A stretch of DNA of 64,000 nt from Escherichia phage SUT_E520, in the sequence record OQ990040; one strand, written 5' to 3'. Position numbers and translations under genes: made by a program. This document shows, one piece after another, positions 17,116 to 25,491 of the stretch (position 1 is its first letter; the number at the start of each line of letters is the position of its first letter). Below the pieces are notes generated by a model that was given only the letters and a program-made list of their open reading frames with translations, searched no databases and had not been told where the DNA came from.

Positions 17116-19905
17116 GTGTTCTCAATCCTACAAGGTCATGCAGGATTTCATCGCGATTTAGCCACAGGCAATTGGCGAGAAGTTAAAGCAGAAGACTATC
17201 TTTTTGCTAAAAGATTTTCCTCAAAGCATCCTGAAGGTAAACCAGCTTCAATGCCCTTCAAGTTTGATGTAATTGATGAAGTTGATCCTCAAACCCTAGT
17301 AGAAATGCTTCCTCTTATGAGACGTTTAACGTCTGACCCTCATATCGTTGCGGTACGAGGTCGATGTCTTACACCTAAAAATAATGTGCGACGTAAGAAG
17401 GGCAACTTTAATGTATCTAACCCAAGTCATATAATTGCAATGGACGTGGATGGTATTGTAGATACAGGTGGTTGCAACAAGTTTGATCTTGTTGGCATGG
17501 CTCGACATATTATTAGAATGTTAAATAGTATTAGTGAGGATATGTTTCCTCTTGATGCAGGGTTTATCGCTCATGCATCGTCTTCGGCTGGGCTAAAACC
17601 AGGTATCCGAATGCACTTAATACTAGAATCTAATGTTAAAGTAACTCAGGGTCAAATCAAATTCTTATTTACATCTATCAACGAAAGTAGTAGACAAAAG
17701 TATGGCTTTGATATTGCCGACTTAGCTTATTACTCTTCCGTACAGCTCCACTATTTTGCAGATCCGTTATTTACCGATGGTATAGTAGATCCGTTTAAAG
17801 CGGAGGGTGCTTCACGTCTGGTATTTGTTAAGGGTTCTAAAGTAAATTTACCCAATAATCTGGTTGACTATGAAACAACTAGAGGTGAGTTTAAGGAGGA
17901 GTTTTACTCTTTACTCGATCAAATTAAAGGTAAAAAAGCTGCCTCTGATAAAGTAGAGGAAACTATCAGCGAACTAGAAGAAGCTGAGGATGGAGTGTAT
18001 CTACGTATCATACCTAAACTCTATCACAGAGCCTTAGAGGATGGTGTTGATTTTGCATGGCTAGAAAAAGAAATCCGTCCAGCCTTATCAGAATATATTG
18101 CAACTAAAGATAACAGTCGCAATATTCAAGATTACTTTAATAACGGTCGTAAACAGGCTCTGAAAGCATTTGTTAATAATTCTAAACGTGATATACCTGA
18201 TGTTTTAAAGGGTATTCCACTTAAAAAGCTAGAAACTAATTCTCTAGAAACTGATAACTTCTTGAAATTAAATACTGTACCACCAGAAGGTTATATGACT
18301 TTTGTAAAAGCAAGTCTAGGTACAGGTAAAACTACAGCGGTTGTGCGTTGGTTAGATTCAGGAGTTATTAAAGGTAATTTCTTAGCAATTACCAATACTA
18401 GAGCACTGGTATCTTCAAATGCCAAGAAATTTAGTGCAGGACAATATGATAAGTCTGTAGATATGCTTAATTTTAAGCGGGGTGCTATTGACCGTATGTC
18501 CACAACTATTCACTCTTTGCATAAATTCAAGAGTTTTATTGGTCAAATTGATGCAATCTTTATCGATGAATGTGATGCAGTAATGAATGACCTATTATTC
18601 GCCCCGGTTGTTAAACAACGTCGCGAGTGTATTCAGGTTCTTCGGGATATTCTTGCAACTGCAAAAATCATTATATTATCTGATGGGGATATTAGTGCAG
18701 AAACAATTGAAGCATATGGTTCTTTGATTGAGTTTGATAAACCAGTAGCATTTTATAACCATCACCGTAAAATGCTATCAAAAGCTCATGCTTATGAGTT
18801 CCCGGATGAATCCAGTATTTGGGTTGCACTTCAGACTTCTCTAGAGATGGGTGAGAAATCTATCCTAGTATCTGACTGTGGGCCGGATGAACTGAATGAG
18901 AAGGGTATGGCATTGCGTCGTAATACGGGTGCGTTAGTTAAGGAAATCCACTCAAATTCTACATCCGATGTAGATATTCGACGTATTCTGGATTACACAA
19001 CTAATGAGCTAATTGATCAACAAATTGATTGCTTATTATGTAGTCCATCCGTAACAAGTGGTGTTGACTTCAACTATTTTGATAACGTATTCGTTATTAC
19101 TAGAACCAGCAACCAAGCGCCAAACATGCGTTTCCAAGCAATCAGGCGCGACCGTGGCGCTCAGAACATTTATTATTTTATTGATAAATCTACGAGTGGA
19201 TTCTCCGCAGGTTCTGAGCAATATAACATTGACGAAGGTTGGCTGGAGTTAGCACAACAATTATACGCACGTCGTAGAGAGCTGGAATCTAGGAATTATA
19301 CTAGTACTTTACGTTATTACTTGCTTGATCAGGGTGCAACTATTGATATTTTCAGTGAAAGCTGGGGAACTATCGAAGGTGCTGGGAAGGAATATACGGA
19401 AGAGCGAATCAAAGCTATTTTATATTCAACTCCTGATTATTGTGCTCCACGTCATGCTGATGCGTATGAAGCTAAACTACTTCTTGTTCGCTACTATCAT
19501 CTTGAGTCTATTAAAGATGTAACAGTTGAGCATGTTGAACAATATATCAAGGATAAACCTAATGATCGAGCGGCATTCTTCCATAAAATGCACGAGATGT
19601 TCTGGGAAGATATTAAGAAGTGTTCAAATGTCACTATCAAACCATTCATAGAAGCTCTGAAAGGTAAGAAGAAAGATTTCTTCCTTAAAACAGGTCAGAG
19701 TGCTAACCCAAAATATGCCAGAATGTATCTTGGTATGATGGGTATTGGTAAGGATATGAACACTGAAAATATTGTAGACTGGTACAGAACCTATTGTAAA
19801 ATCGAGTGTATGCCAATCCCCTATAAGTTTATGACTGATGAGGAGAAACATATGCATGATGAAGCAATGGCAGAGCTAGGTGCTAGAAATGACAGTGAAG
19901 AATAA
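17116..19905 (+). CDS. putative replication initiation protein: N-terminal primase-polymerase (AEP-like) domain fused to C-terminal SF2-type helicase/origin-binding domain
   Basis: N-terminal IIAMDVDG (hhhDhD-like) and KPGIRMHLIL (sGxGxH-like); C-terminal Walker A GTGKTT, Walker B IFIDECD, helicase-like SPSVTSGVDF and QAIRRDRG. Start moved to GTG 17116 (AGGAG RBS 7 nt upstream); the track ORF from 17038 has an implausible N-terminus. Confidence 0.6.
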   Translation: MFSILQGHAGFHRDLATGNWREVKAEDYLFAKRFSSKHPEGKPASMPFKFDVIDEVDPQTLVEMLPLMRRLTSDPHIVAVRGRCLTPKNNVRRKKGNFNVSNPSHIIAMDVDGIVDTGGCNKFDLVGMARHIIRMLNSISEDMFPLDAGFIAHASSSAGLKPGIRMHLILESNVKVTQGQIKFLFTSINESSRQKYGFDIADLAYYSSVQLHYFADPLFTDGIVDPFKAEGASRLVFVKGSKVNLPNNLVDYETTRGEFKEEFYSLLDQIKGKKAASDKVEETISELEEAEDGVYLRIIPKLYHRALEDGVDFAWLEKEIRPALSEYIATKDNSRNIQDYFNNGRKQALKAFVNNSKRDIPDVLKGIPLKKLETNSLETDNFLKLNTVPPEGYMTFVKASLGTGKTTAVVRWLDSGVIKGNFLAITNTRALVSSNAKKFSAGQYDKSVDMLNFKRGAIDRMSTTIHSLHKFKSFIGQIDAIFIDECDAVMNDLLFAPVVKQRRECIQVLRDILATAKIIILSDGDISAETIEAYGSLIEFDKPVAFYNHHRKMLSKAHAYEFPDESSIWVALQTSLEMGEKSILVSDCGPDELNEKGMALRRNTGALVKEIHSNSTSDVDIRRILDYTTNELIDQQIDCLLCSPSVTSGVDFNYFDNVFVITRTSNQAPNMRFQAIRRDRGAQNIYYFIDKSTSGFSAGSEQYNIDEGWLELAQQLYARRRELESRNYTSTLRYYLLDQGATIDIFSESWGTIEGAGKEYTEERIKAILYSTPDYCAPRHADAYEAKLLLVRYYHLESIKDVTVEHVEQYIKDKPNDRAAFFHKMHEMFWEDIKKCSNVTIKPFIEALKGKKKDFFLKTGQSANPKYARMYLGMMGIGKDMNTENIVDWYRTYCKIECMPIPYKFMTDEEKHMHDEAMAELGARNDSEE

Positions 19906-20122
19906 AAAATGGGAAACAAGGAAGTTTCCAGTAAAAGAACGTAAAGTTCCTGTTTACGACACTTCGGAAAAGCTATGTAGGGTGGTACCGCATAGATTAG
20001 CTGGCATCCCTAACATATCCGAGTGGTTACTTAAACAACGGAAAACAAACGTGTCTCTTCGTATCGGCTTTGAATTAGATAAAGTCTATGCTGAACTTGC
20101 TTCTTTACTCAAGGAATCGTAA
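19880..20122 (+). CDS. hypothetical small basic protein (80 aa; GTG start)
   Basis: ORF track; overlaps the 3' end of the preceding gene; no clear RBS. Confidence 0.3.
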   Translation: MLEMTVKNKKWETRKFPVKERKVPVYDTSEKLCRVVPHRLAGIPNISEWLLKQRKTNVSLRIGFELDKVYAELASLLKES

Positions 20123-20130
20123 AAATTTAT

Positions 20131-20159
20131 TTGCATAGTGCAAAAAATTTCTGTATAAT
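20131..20159 (+). promoter_or_regulatory. early promoter with conserved leader
   Basis: TTGCAT - 17 bp - TATAAT, then CATAAATTTGAGAGAGGAG leader and ATG at 20191. Confidence 0.55.
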
Positions 20160-20190
20160 AGATTCATAAATTTGAGAGAGGAGTTTAAAT

Positions 20191-20895
20191 ATGGCTGGTT
20201 CTCGTAGAAAGAAACATATCCATGAAATCCCGGATGAAGTCTTTAAAAAGGTTATAGAGCATCTGGAGAACGGTGGTACCAAGAAAGCAGCATGTGAAAT
20301 GCTCGGCGTATCATCCAATCCAACTATGGAAAGGATGATTGAAGAATGGCAAGACCGCCAGATTCAAGTGGCTGAAATGAAGAAAAAGAAACGTGGCACA
20401 CTCATTGAAGGCATTGAGTTAGCTAACGTTATTGAACAGTATTTGTCTGGTGATTCTTTTGAAGAAATTGCCGATCGTAATTACCGCTCTGTAGCAATGG
20501 TTAAATCTGTTCTGGAACGATATGGTGCTCTGCTTCGTTTGAATGATATTGTAGATCCATTGAATCCTCCAATTATTCCTGATGATGCTGTAGCAGAAGA
20601 ATTTGCAGTTGGTGAGCTTGTTTGGGTTCCTGGATACCAGTGTATCGGTGAAATCAAAAAAGCAATGGATAACCCTGTTGGTTGTTACCGTGTATGGCTT
20701 CTATCAGAAGGCAAACAACAGAACGTTCATTATATGAATTACGAGCTGGCTTCTGTTAAACATCTGGAAAAGTTAGGGGTAGACGTAAAATCTCTAGGAT
20801 ATAAGTGGACTCGTGAAGAAATTATTACGTTGATTAACGAAGCTGTTAAGGCTGCCCTGAAACTTGATAAAGAAAAAGGAAAACGCCGTGAGTAA
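20191..20895 (+). CDS. putative HTH DNA-binding protein (transcriptional regulator-like)
   Basis: HTH-like GGTKKAACEMLGVSSNPT and a second EEIADRNYRSVAMVKSVLERYG; basic C-terminus. Confidence 0.45.
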   Translation: MAGSRRKKHIHEIPDEVFKKVIEHLENGGTKKAACEMLGVSSNPTMERMIEEWQDRQIQVAEMKKKKRGTLIEGIELANVIEQYLSGDSFEEIADRNYRSVAMVKSVLERYGALLRLNDIVDPLNPPIIPDDAVAEEFAVGELVWVPGYQCIGEIKKAMDNPVGCYRVWLLSEGKQQNVHYMNYELASVKHLEKLGVDVKSLGYKWTREEIITLINEAVKAALKLDKEKGKRRE

Positions 20896-21139
20896 GCTAA
20901 CAGATTTGCTTAAAGATGGGGAAGTAAAAACTCTATATCGTAGAAGCTGGGATAATGACAATAATGGCTTAGTGTTACTAACTTTAGACGCTGACTCAGA
21001 TGTAGTTACCCAACATACCTGGGTAGCTGGTAATTATCCCTATAGTGAGGTTGTTACGTTAACAGTATGCGAAGCTATTGCTGACGATTGGGAGATTGCC
21101 AGCATTGATGATATGCTTGCTGTTGGCCTGGTGGAGTAA
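20864..21139 (+). CDS. hypothetical protein (91 aa)
   Basis: ORF track. Confidence 0.4.
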   Translation: MIKKKENAVSKLTDLLKDGEVKTLYRRSWDNDNNGLVLLTLDADSDVVTQHTWVAGNYPYSEVVTLTVCEAIADDWEIASIDDMLAVGLVE

Positions 21140-21156
21140 CTACAGAAAAATTTCAG

Positions 21157-21185
21157 TTGCTTAATCCTATAATTCTTGATATAAT
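21157..21185 (+). promoter_or_regulatory. early promoter
   Basis: TTGCTT - 17 bp - TATAAT upstream of the gene at 21243. Confidence 0.5.
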
Positions 21186-21242
21186 ATTCTCATAGTTTGA
21201 AAGAACTATTCTGTTTAATTCTTAATTAAGGAAATATAAAAT

Positions 21243-21653
21243 ATGACTACTCCAACTCAGTGGACTGATGAACTGTTCGAAAAAATGTCTTCCGAATACG
21301 TTGCTCGTATGGAGCAATTCCCAGAGGATGAACGTCCGGGTGTTAGCATGGAAATTGTTAGCGAAATTGCTCAGGAAAATGGTGTAACTCCGAACGGTTT
21401 TCGTATGAAGTTGACCAAAGCAGGTGTATATATCAAGAAAGCTGCTGGCTCTGCTTCTAAATCTAGTGCATCTACTGGAGAAAAAGCTTCTGGTGGTTCT
21501 CGCACTTCCAAAGCCCAAGCTCATGCCGATCTTCGTTCAGCATTCTCTGATGCTGGCCTAGCACCAGATTTTCTGGATGATGCAATTATCGACAAACTGA
21601 CCGGTAAAGCGGCTGCTCATCTGGCAGAAGCAATCCGAGCTATCACTAAGTAA
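21243..21653 (+). CDS. hypothetical protein (136 aa)
   Basis: ORF with AAGGAAA RBS; Ser/Ala-rich linker. Confidence 0.45.
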   Translation: MTTPTQWTDELFEKMSSEYVARMEQFPEDERPGVSMEIVSEIAQENGVTPNGFRMKLTKAGVYIKKAAGSASKSSASTGEKASGGSRTSKAQAHADLRSAFSDAGLAPDFLDDAIIDKLTGKAAAHLAEAIRAITK

Positions 21654-21689
21654 TTTTTAGATAAATCCACCAACAAAAGGAACACAGTT

Positions 21690-21986
21690 ATGACCAAAGC
21701 TGAAATTATCGCACAATGTGAAAAATTTGGTGAGTTTTATCTTCATTACGAGAAACTTCGTCAGAAAGGAACCACGTACCTTCAGGGTACGATGGAATTT
21801 GATCCAGCCCAAGATAAATATCTGGCTGAGCGTATTAAACGTGAACGTATTCGTAAAGCGAAAGATGATGAGATCCTTGTCTTCTCTCGTACTAATGATA
21901 GCTTCCGTTTTATTCCTGTCGAGAAAGTCCGTCGTGTGACTAGCCTCCAATCAGAGTTAGATCGTGCTTCTCCAGTAGGCCGATAA
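21690..21986 (+). CDS. hypothetical protein (98 aa)
   Basis: ORF with AAAGGAA RBS; terminator follows. Confidence 0.45.
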   Translation: MTKAEIIAQCEKFGEFYLHYEKLRQKGTTYLQGTMEFDPAQDKYLAERIKRERIRKAKDDEILVFSRTNDSFRFIPVEKVRRVTSLQSELDRASPVGR

Positions 21987-21996
21987 GAAACCAATT

Positions 21997-22020
21997 AGCC
22001 CCTATATGGGGCTTTTTGTG
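21997..22020 (+). terminator. rho-independent terminator
   Basis: AGCCCC - TATAT - GGGGCT followed by TTTTTGTG. Confidence 0.6.
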
Positions 22021-22036
22021 TATTTGGGATATGTAA

Positions 22037-22345
22037 ATGAGCGAACAGGTAAATCAAAACTATGAAGGACACGTTGATGACCAGTCCATCATACTTTGGG
22101 AGAAGGAGGGGGAACAAGTAAGATTAACAGTATCTGAATTTCGTGGGAATCTATACATGGGTATTCGTTACTGGCTTCTTGATATTAATGATGAATGGTT
22201 TCCAACGAAATCTGGCTTCTCTTTTCCTTACACCCTAGAAACAACATCACAGCTTTTCTATGCGTTTACACAGATTCTTAGCGAATCTGAGGTTTTACAT
22301 GAAGTACAGAAACGAGCTGAAGAACTCAAAGCCAAGAATGCCTAG
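22037..22345 (+). CDS. hypothetical protein (102 aa)
   Basis: ORF track; terminator overlaps its 3' end. Confidence 0.45.
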   Translation: MSEQVNQNYEGHVDDQSIILWEKEGEQVRLTVSEFRGNLYMGIRYWLLDINDEWFPTKSGFSFPYTLETTSQLFYAFTQILSESEVLHEVQKRAEELKAKNA

Positions 22346-22362
22346 TTCTTGGCTTTTTCTTT
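22331..22362 (+). terminator. rho-independent terminator
   Basis: GCCAAGAA - TGCCTAG - TTCTTGGC followed by TTTTTCTTT. Confidence 0.6.
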
Positions 22363-22372
22363 ATAAATGTAT

Positions 22373-22401
22373 TTGCTTTCAACTCAGTTTTGTTATATAA
22401 T
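22373..22401 (+). promoter_or_regulatory. early promoter with conserved leader
   Basis: TTGCTT - 17 bp - TATAAT, then TTTATATAAATTAATGAGAGGG leader. Confidence 0.55.
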
Positions 22402-22431
22402 ATTTATATAAATTAATGAGAGGGTTGCAAA

Positions 22432-22704
22432 GTGAAAAAGATAAGTATAAGTACACTTAAACCTTTCCCGTACATCGGACAGCCTCTTATACTTATGTGG
22501 GAGGGGAAGATTAATGGAGAAAAGTATACTAAAACTAGAAGTGGGTATAAGCTGATTTCACTTCATTACGAAAAAGAAGTATTAGTAGCTGAAATATACT
22601 CTCCGTTGTCAGATAGGCTAGTAAAAACTACATATTTGCATCTTTGCAAAAATTATACATGGCACGGATCCACTAGACAACCCACATACTATGAGGCAGA
22701 ATAA
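22432..22704 (+). CDS. hypothetical protein (90 aa; GTG start)
   Basis: ORF track; stop overlaps the ligase start (TAAATG). Confidence 0.4.
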   Translation: MKKISISTLKPFPYIGQPLILMWEGKINGEKYTKTRSGYKLISLHYEKEVLVAEIYSPLSDRLVKTTYLHLCKNYTWHGSTRQPTYYEAE

Positions 22705-23676
22705 ATGACCAATGTAAAAGACTTTATTAAACGTTGCCAAGAAGCATATTATCAAGGTATGTCTTTAATCTCTGATGAAGAGTATGATTGCCTGGTAAAA
22801 CGCTTTCCGTTAGAAGAAGAGATCGGACCTAAGGGCGATATTCCACATCTGTATCGTATGTATTCTTTACAGAAAGTTTATTATAATCGTGGAGATAAAC
22901 CTCCGTTTAACCCGTTAGGTCAAGTAGAAACTGATAAGTTAGATGGTTGTGCAATTTCTCTGTTATATATTAATGGCGAATTTGTTCAAGCACTAACTCG
23001 TGGTAATGGTATTCTAGGGAATGATGTCACAAGCAACGTAAGATTGCTGAATATCCCTAAAAAGATTTCCCAAAAAGTACCTACTCAAATCACTGGTGAA
23101 GTTCTAATTACAAAAGAAGTAGAAAATAAACGTAACTTTGCCTCTGGTGCTATTAACCTCAAAGATAGTGATGATTTTGTACAACGTATCGGAGAAGGTG
23201 GTTTAATCTTCGTTGCATATGGTATCCAGTGTTCTGCTGAATCTGTAGGTATTACAGAAGCATATTTAAAAGATATGCTTTGGCTGGAGAATGAGAACTT
23301 CTTAACAGTTGTTAATGTGCGTTCCTTCTTTAAATGGATTCCGACGGATGGTAAAGTTGTTCGTATTAATGACAACAACAAATTCTTCCGTGAAGGCTGG
23401 ACTAATAAATTCCCTCGTGGAGCATTCGCTATTAAAGAGGATGAAGAAGGCGAGGTTACAACTCTTACTAAAGTTGAATGGCAGGTAGGGGCTTCTGGTA
23501 AAGTAACTCCAGTTGGTTATTTCGAACCGGTAATTATTGATGATGCTACAATTGTTAAAGCGACTCTTAATAACGTTGATTATATTAACTCTCTTGATCT
23601 AGAGATCGGTTGCCAGATTCGAGTGATTCGTGCTGGTGGTGTAATCCCGTGCATAGTAGAGCGAGTATACGAGTAA
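22705..23676 (+). CDS. NAD-dependent DNA ligase, N-terminal half (adenylation and OB domains)
   Basis: Adenylation motif ETDKLDGCAIS (KxDG) and downstream LigA-like nucleotidyltransferase/OB sequence; ends before the Zn-finger/HhH/BRCT part. Confidence 0.75.
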   Translation: MTNVKDFIKRCQEAYYQGMSLISDEEYDCLVKRFPLEEEIGPKGDIPHLYRMYSLQKVYYNRGDKPPFNPLGQVETDKLDGCAISLLYINGEFVQALTRGNGILGNDVTSNVRLLNIPKKISQKVPTQITGEVLITKEVENKRNFASGAINLKDSDDFVQRIGEGGLIFVAYGIQCSAESVGITEAYLKDMLWLENENFLTVVNVRSFFKWIPTDGKVVRINDNNKFFREGWTNKFPRGAFAIKEDEEGEVTTLTKVEWQVGASGKVTPVGYFEPVIIDDATIVKATLNNVDYINSLDLEIGCQIRVIRAGGVIPCIVERVYE

Positions 23677-23726
23677 TACATAACCCTTTGCTACCCATCT
23701 ACCATATCGGAATTATAAAGTGGTTA

Positions 23727-23755
23727 TTGACATTTTCGCCGCTTAGGTATATACT
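23727..23755 (+). promoter_or_regulatory. sigma70-type promoter inside the ligase inter-ORF spacer
   Basis: TTGACA - 17 bp - TATACT. Confidence 0.55.
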
Positions 23756-23819
23756 AGTATCATTCAGTTGAGGGATAGAAAGTTATGGCGAGGGTAAGCA
23801 AAGTTAGTTAAAATTGTAG

Positions 23820-23848
23820 TTGCTAAATGCTTAAATACTTGCTATAAT
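23820..23848 (+). promoter_or_regulatory. early promoter with conserved leader
   Basis: TTGCTA - 17 bp - TATAAT, then TTTATATAAATTGATAAGGAAG leader. Confidence 0.55.
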
Positions 23849-23878
23849 ATTTATATAAATTGATAAGGAAGAAATTTG

Positions 23879-24649
23879 ATGAAAATCGAAATTCCAACAC
23901 AATGTCCCTCTTGTGGTTCTAAGCTAGATCTTGTCAACGGACAATTATTTTGTCGGAATAAGTCCAACTGTCCAGCGCAATCAAGTAAGTTAATTGAGAA
24001 CTTCTGTACAAAAATGAAGTTAAAGGGTTTTGGTCCAAAAACTATTGAGAAGCTGGAGCTGACGAAGATTTCAGAACTATTTTACCTAACCGAAGAAGAT
24101 TTGGTTAGAGCCGTGGGTAGCAAGGTTGCCGCTAAGTTAATTAGCGAATTAAATACTAAAGTTCGCGGAGACATTGACTTTGGTTCAGTTCTCGGTTCTT
24201 TAGGAATCCCTCTAATTGGAGAGGTTGCAGCAAAGAAATTATCCCAAAATTGCACTAGCTTCCACGATGTGAAGGCTGACGGCAAGGCTGGAGAAAATTA
24301 TAAAGCCTGGCTAAATTCCCCACAAGGCAAGGATGTTATCGAATTACCGTGGAAATTCTCAACTGGTGCTAAAGCTAAAACCGTCGTTACTGATGATTTA
24401 GTTGCCCAGCCAAATGGAATCGCGGTATGTATTACCGGATCTTTGCAAGACTTTGCAAATCGAACGGATGCAACAAACTATTTAGAAGGTCTAGGATATA
24501 CGGTTAAGAAATCTGTTACCAAAGACGTCAAATACCTAATCTGTGAGGATGAATCGAAGCGTTCTTCCTCATCTTATAAGAAAGCCGAAACGAATGGGAT
24601 AGAAATCCTGTCGATTAAAGAACTATTGGAGAAAAATAATAATGTCTAA
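23879..24649 (+). CDS. NAD-dependent DNA ligase, C-terminal half (Zn-finger, HhH, BRCT)
   Basis: Cys4 motif CPSCGS...CRNKSNCPAQ, HhH-like GIPLIGEVAAKKL, BRCT-like AVCITGSL...YLICED; ATG at 23879 preferred over TTG at 23876. Confidence 0.7.
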   Translation: MKIEIPTQCPSCGSKLDLVNGQLFCRNKSNCPAQSSKLIENFCTKMKLKGFGPKTIEKLELTKISELFYLTEEDLVRAVGSKVAAKLISELNTKVRGDIDFGSVLGSLGIPLIGEVAAKKLSQNCTSFHDVKADGKAGENYKAWLNSPQGKDVIELPWKFSTGAKAKTVVTDDLVAQPNGIAVCITGSLQDFANRTDATNYLEGLGYTVKKSVTKDVKYLICEDESKRSSSSYKKAETNGIEILSIKELLEKNNNV

Positions 24650-25409
24650 ACTGAACTGGAACGTAGAAGGTGTAACCGAGTCTCTGAAAGCAAAAGCCAC
24701 TGCTCTGGGTGTTTCTGTAATCTCTCAAGAACAAGTAGCCGCTATCGCCGCTGAACTGGCTGCTGAAACTGGCAAAGATGTTACCGCTCGCTCTGTTGGC
24801 TCTAAACTGCGTAAAGAAGGTTTTGAAGTACAGAAAGCTAACGAAGTACAGAAATCCCCGTGGACTCCTGAGCAGGAAGCTGAACTGGTTGATTTCCTGA
24901 ACGCTCATGCTGGTCAGTATACCTATGCTGAAATCGCTGCTGCTGTAGCTGGTGGTCAGTTCGGTGCTAAGCAGGTACAGGGTAAGATTCTGAGCCTGGA
25001 AATGACCGCTTCTGTTAAACCAACTGAAAAAGCTGCTGCTGTTCGTTCCTTTACTCCGGATGAAGAAACTGATTTTGTTAATCAGGTTGTTGCTGGTGCT
25101 ACTATTGAAGCTATCGCTGCTCACTTCGGTCGCAATATTAAGCAGATCCGTGGTAAAGCTCTGAGTCTGCTTCGTGAAGGTCGTATCGCTGCTATGCCGG
25201 TACAGGAAACCTCAAGTGCTAAAACTCGTGAAGATCTGTTAGAAGGTCTGGATCTGGTTAACATGACTGTTGCTGAGATCGCTGAGAAAACTGGTAAATC
25301 TGAGCGCGGTGTTAAATCTATGCTGTCTCGTCGTGGTCTGGTTGCTAAGGACTATGATGGTGCCGCTAAGCGTGCTAAACTGGATGCAAAAGCTGCGGCT
25401 GCTGAATAA
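24642..25409 (+). CDS. repeat-containing putative DNA-binding protein (T5 D5-like by position); strongly biased codon usage
   Basis: Three internally similar Ala-rich modules (...EIAAAVAGGQFGAKQVQGKILSLE... / ...IEAIAAHFGRNIKQIRGKALSLL... / ...VAEIAEKTGKSERGVKSMLS...); CTG/CGT/GGT/GCT-rich codons unlike neighbours. Confidence 0.45.
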   Translation: MSKLNWNVEGVTESLKAKATALGVSVISQEQVAAIAAELAAETGKDVTARSVGSKLRKEGFEVQKANEVQKSPWTPEQEAELVDFLNAHAGQYTYAEIAAAVAGGQFGAKQVQGKILSLEMTASVKPTEKAAAVRSFTPDEETDFVNQVVAGATIEAIAAHFGRNIKQIRGKALSLLREGRIAAMPVQETSSAKTREDLLEGLDLVNMTVAEIAEKTGKSERGVKSMLSRRGLVAKDYDGAAKRAKLDAKAAAAE

Positions 25410-25491
25410 TCTGGTAAATTAAACCTAAGGGGAGGGGGCTATGCTCCTTCCCCTTTTTGCATTTAGAAGGCACGAAAGCGTGCAAAGGAGA

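Noticed and set aside
24615-25124. 169-aa minus-strand ORF antisense to the D5-like gene
   Set aside because: Ser/Phe-rich low-complexity product caused by the biased codon composition of the sense gene; no RBS.
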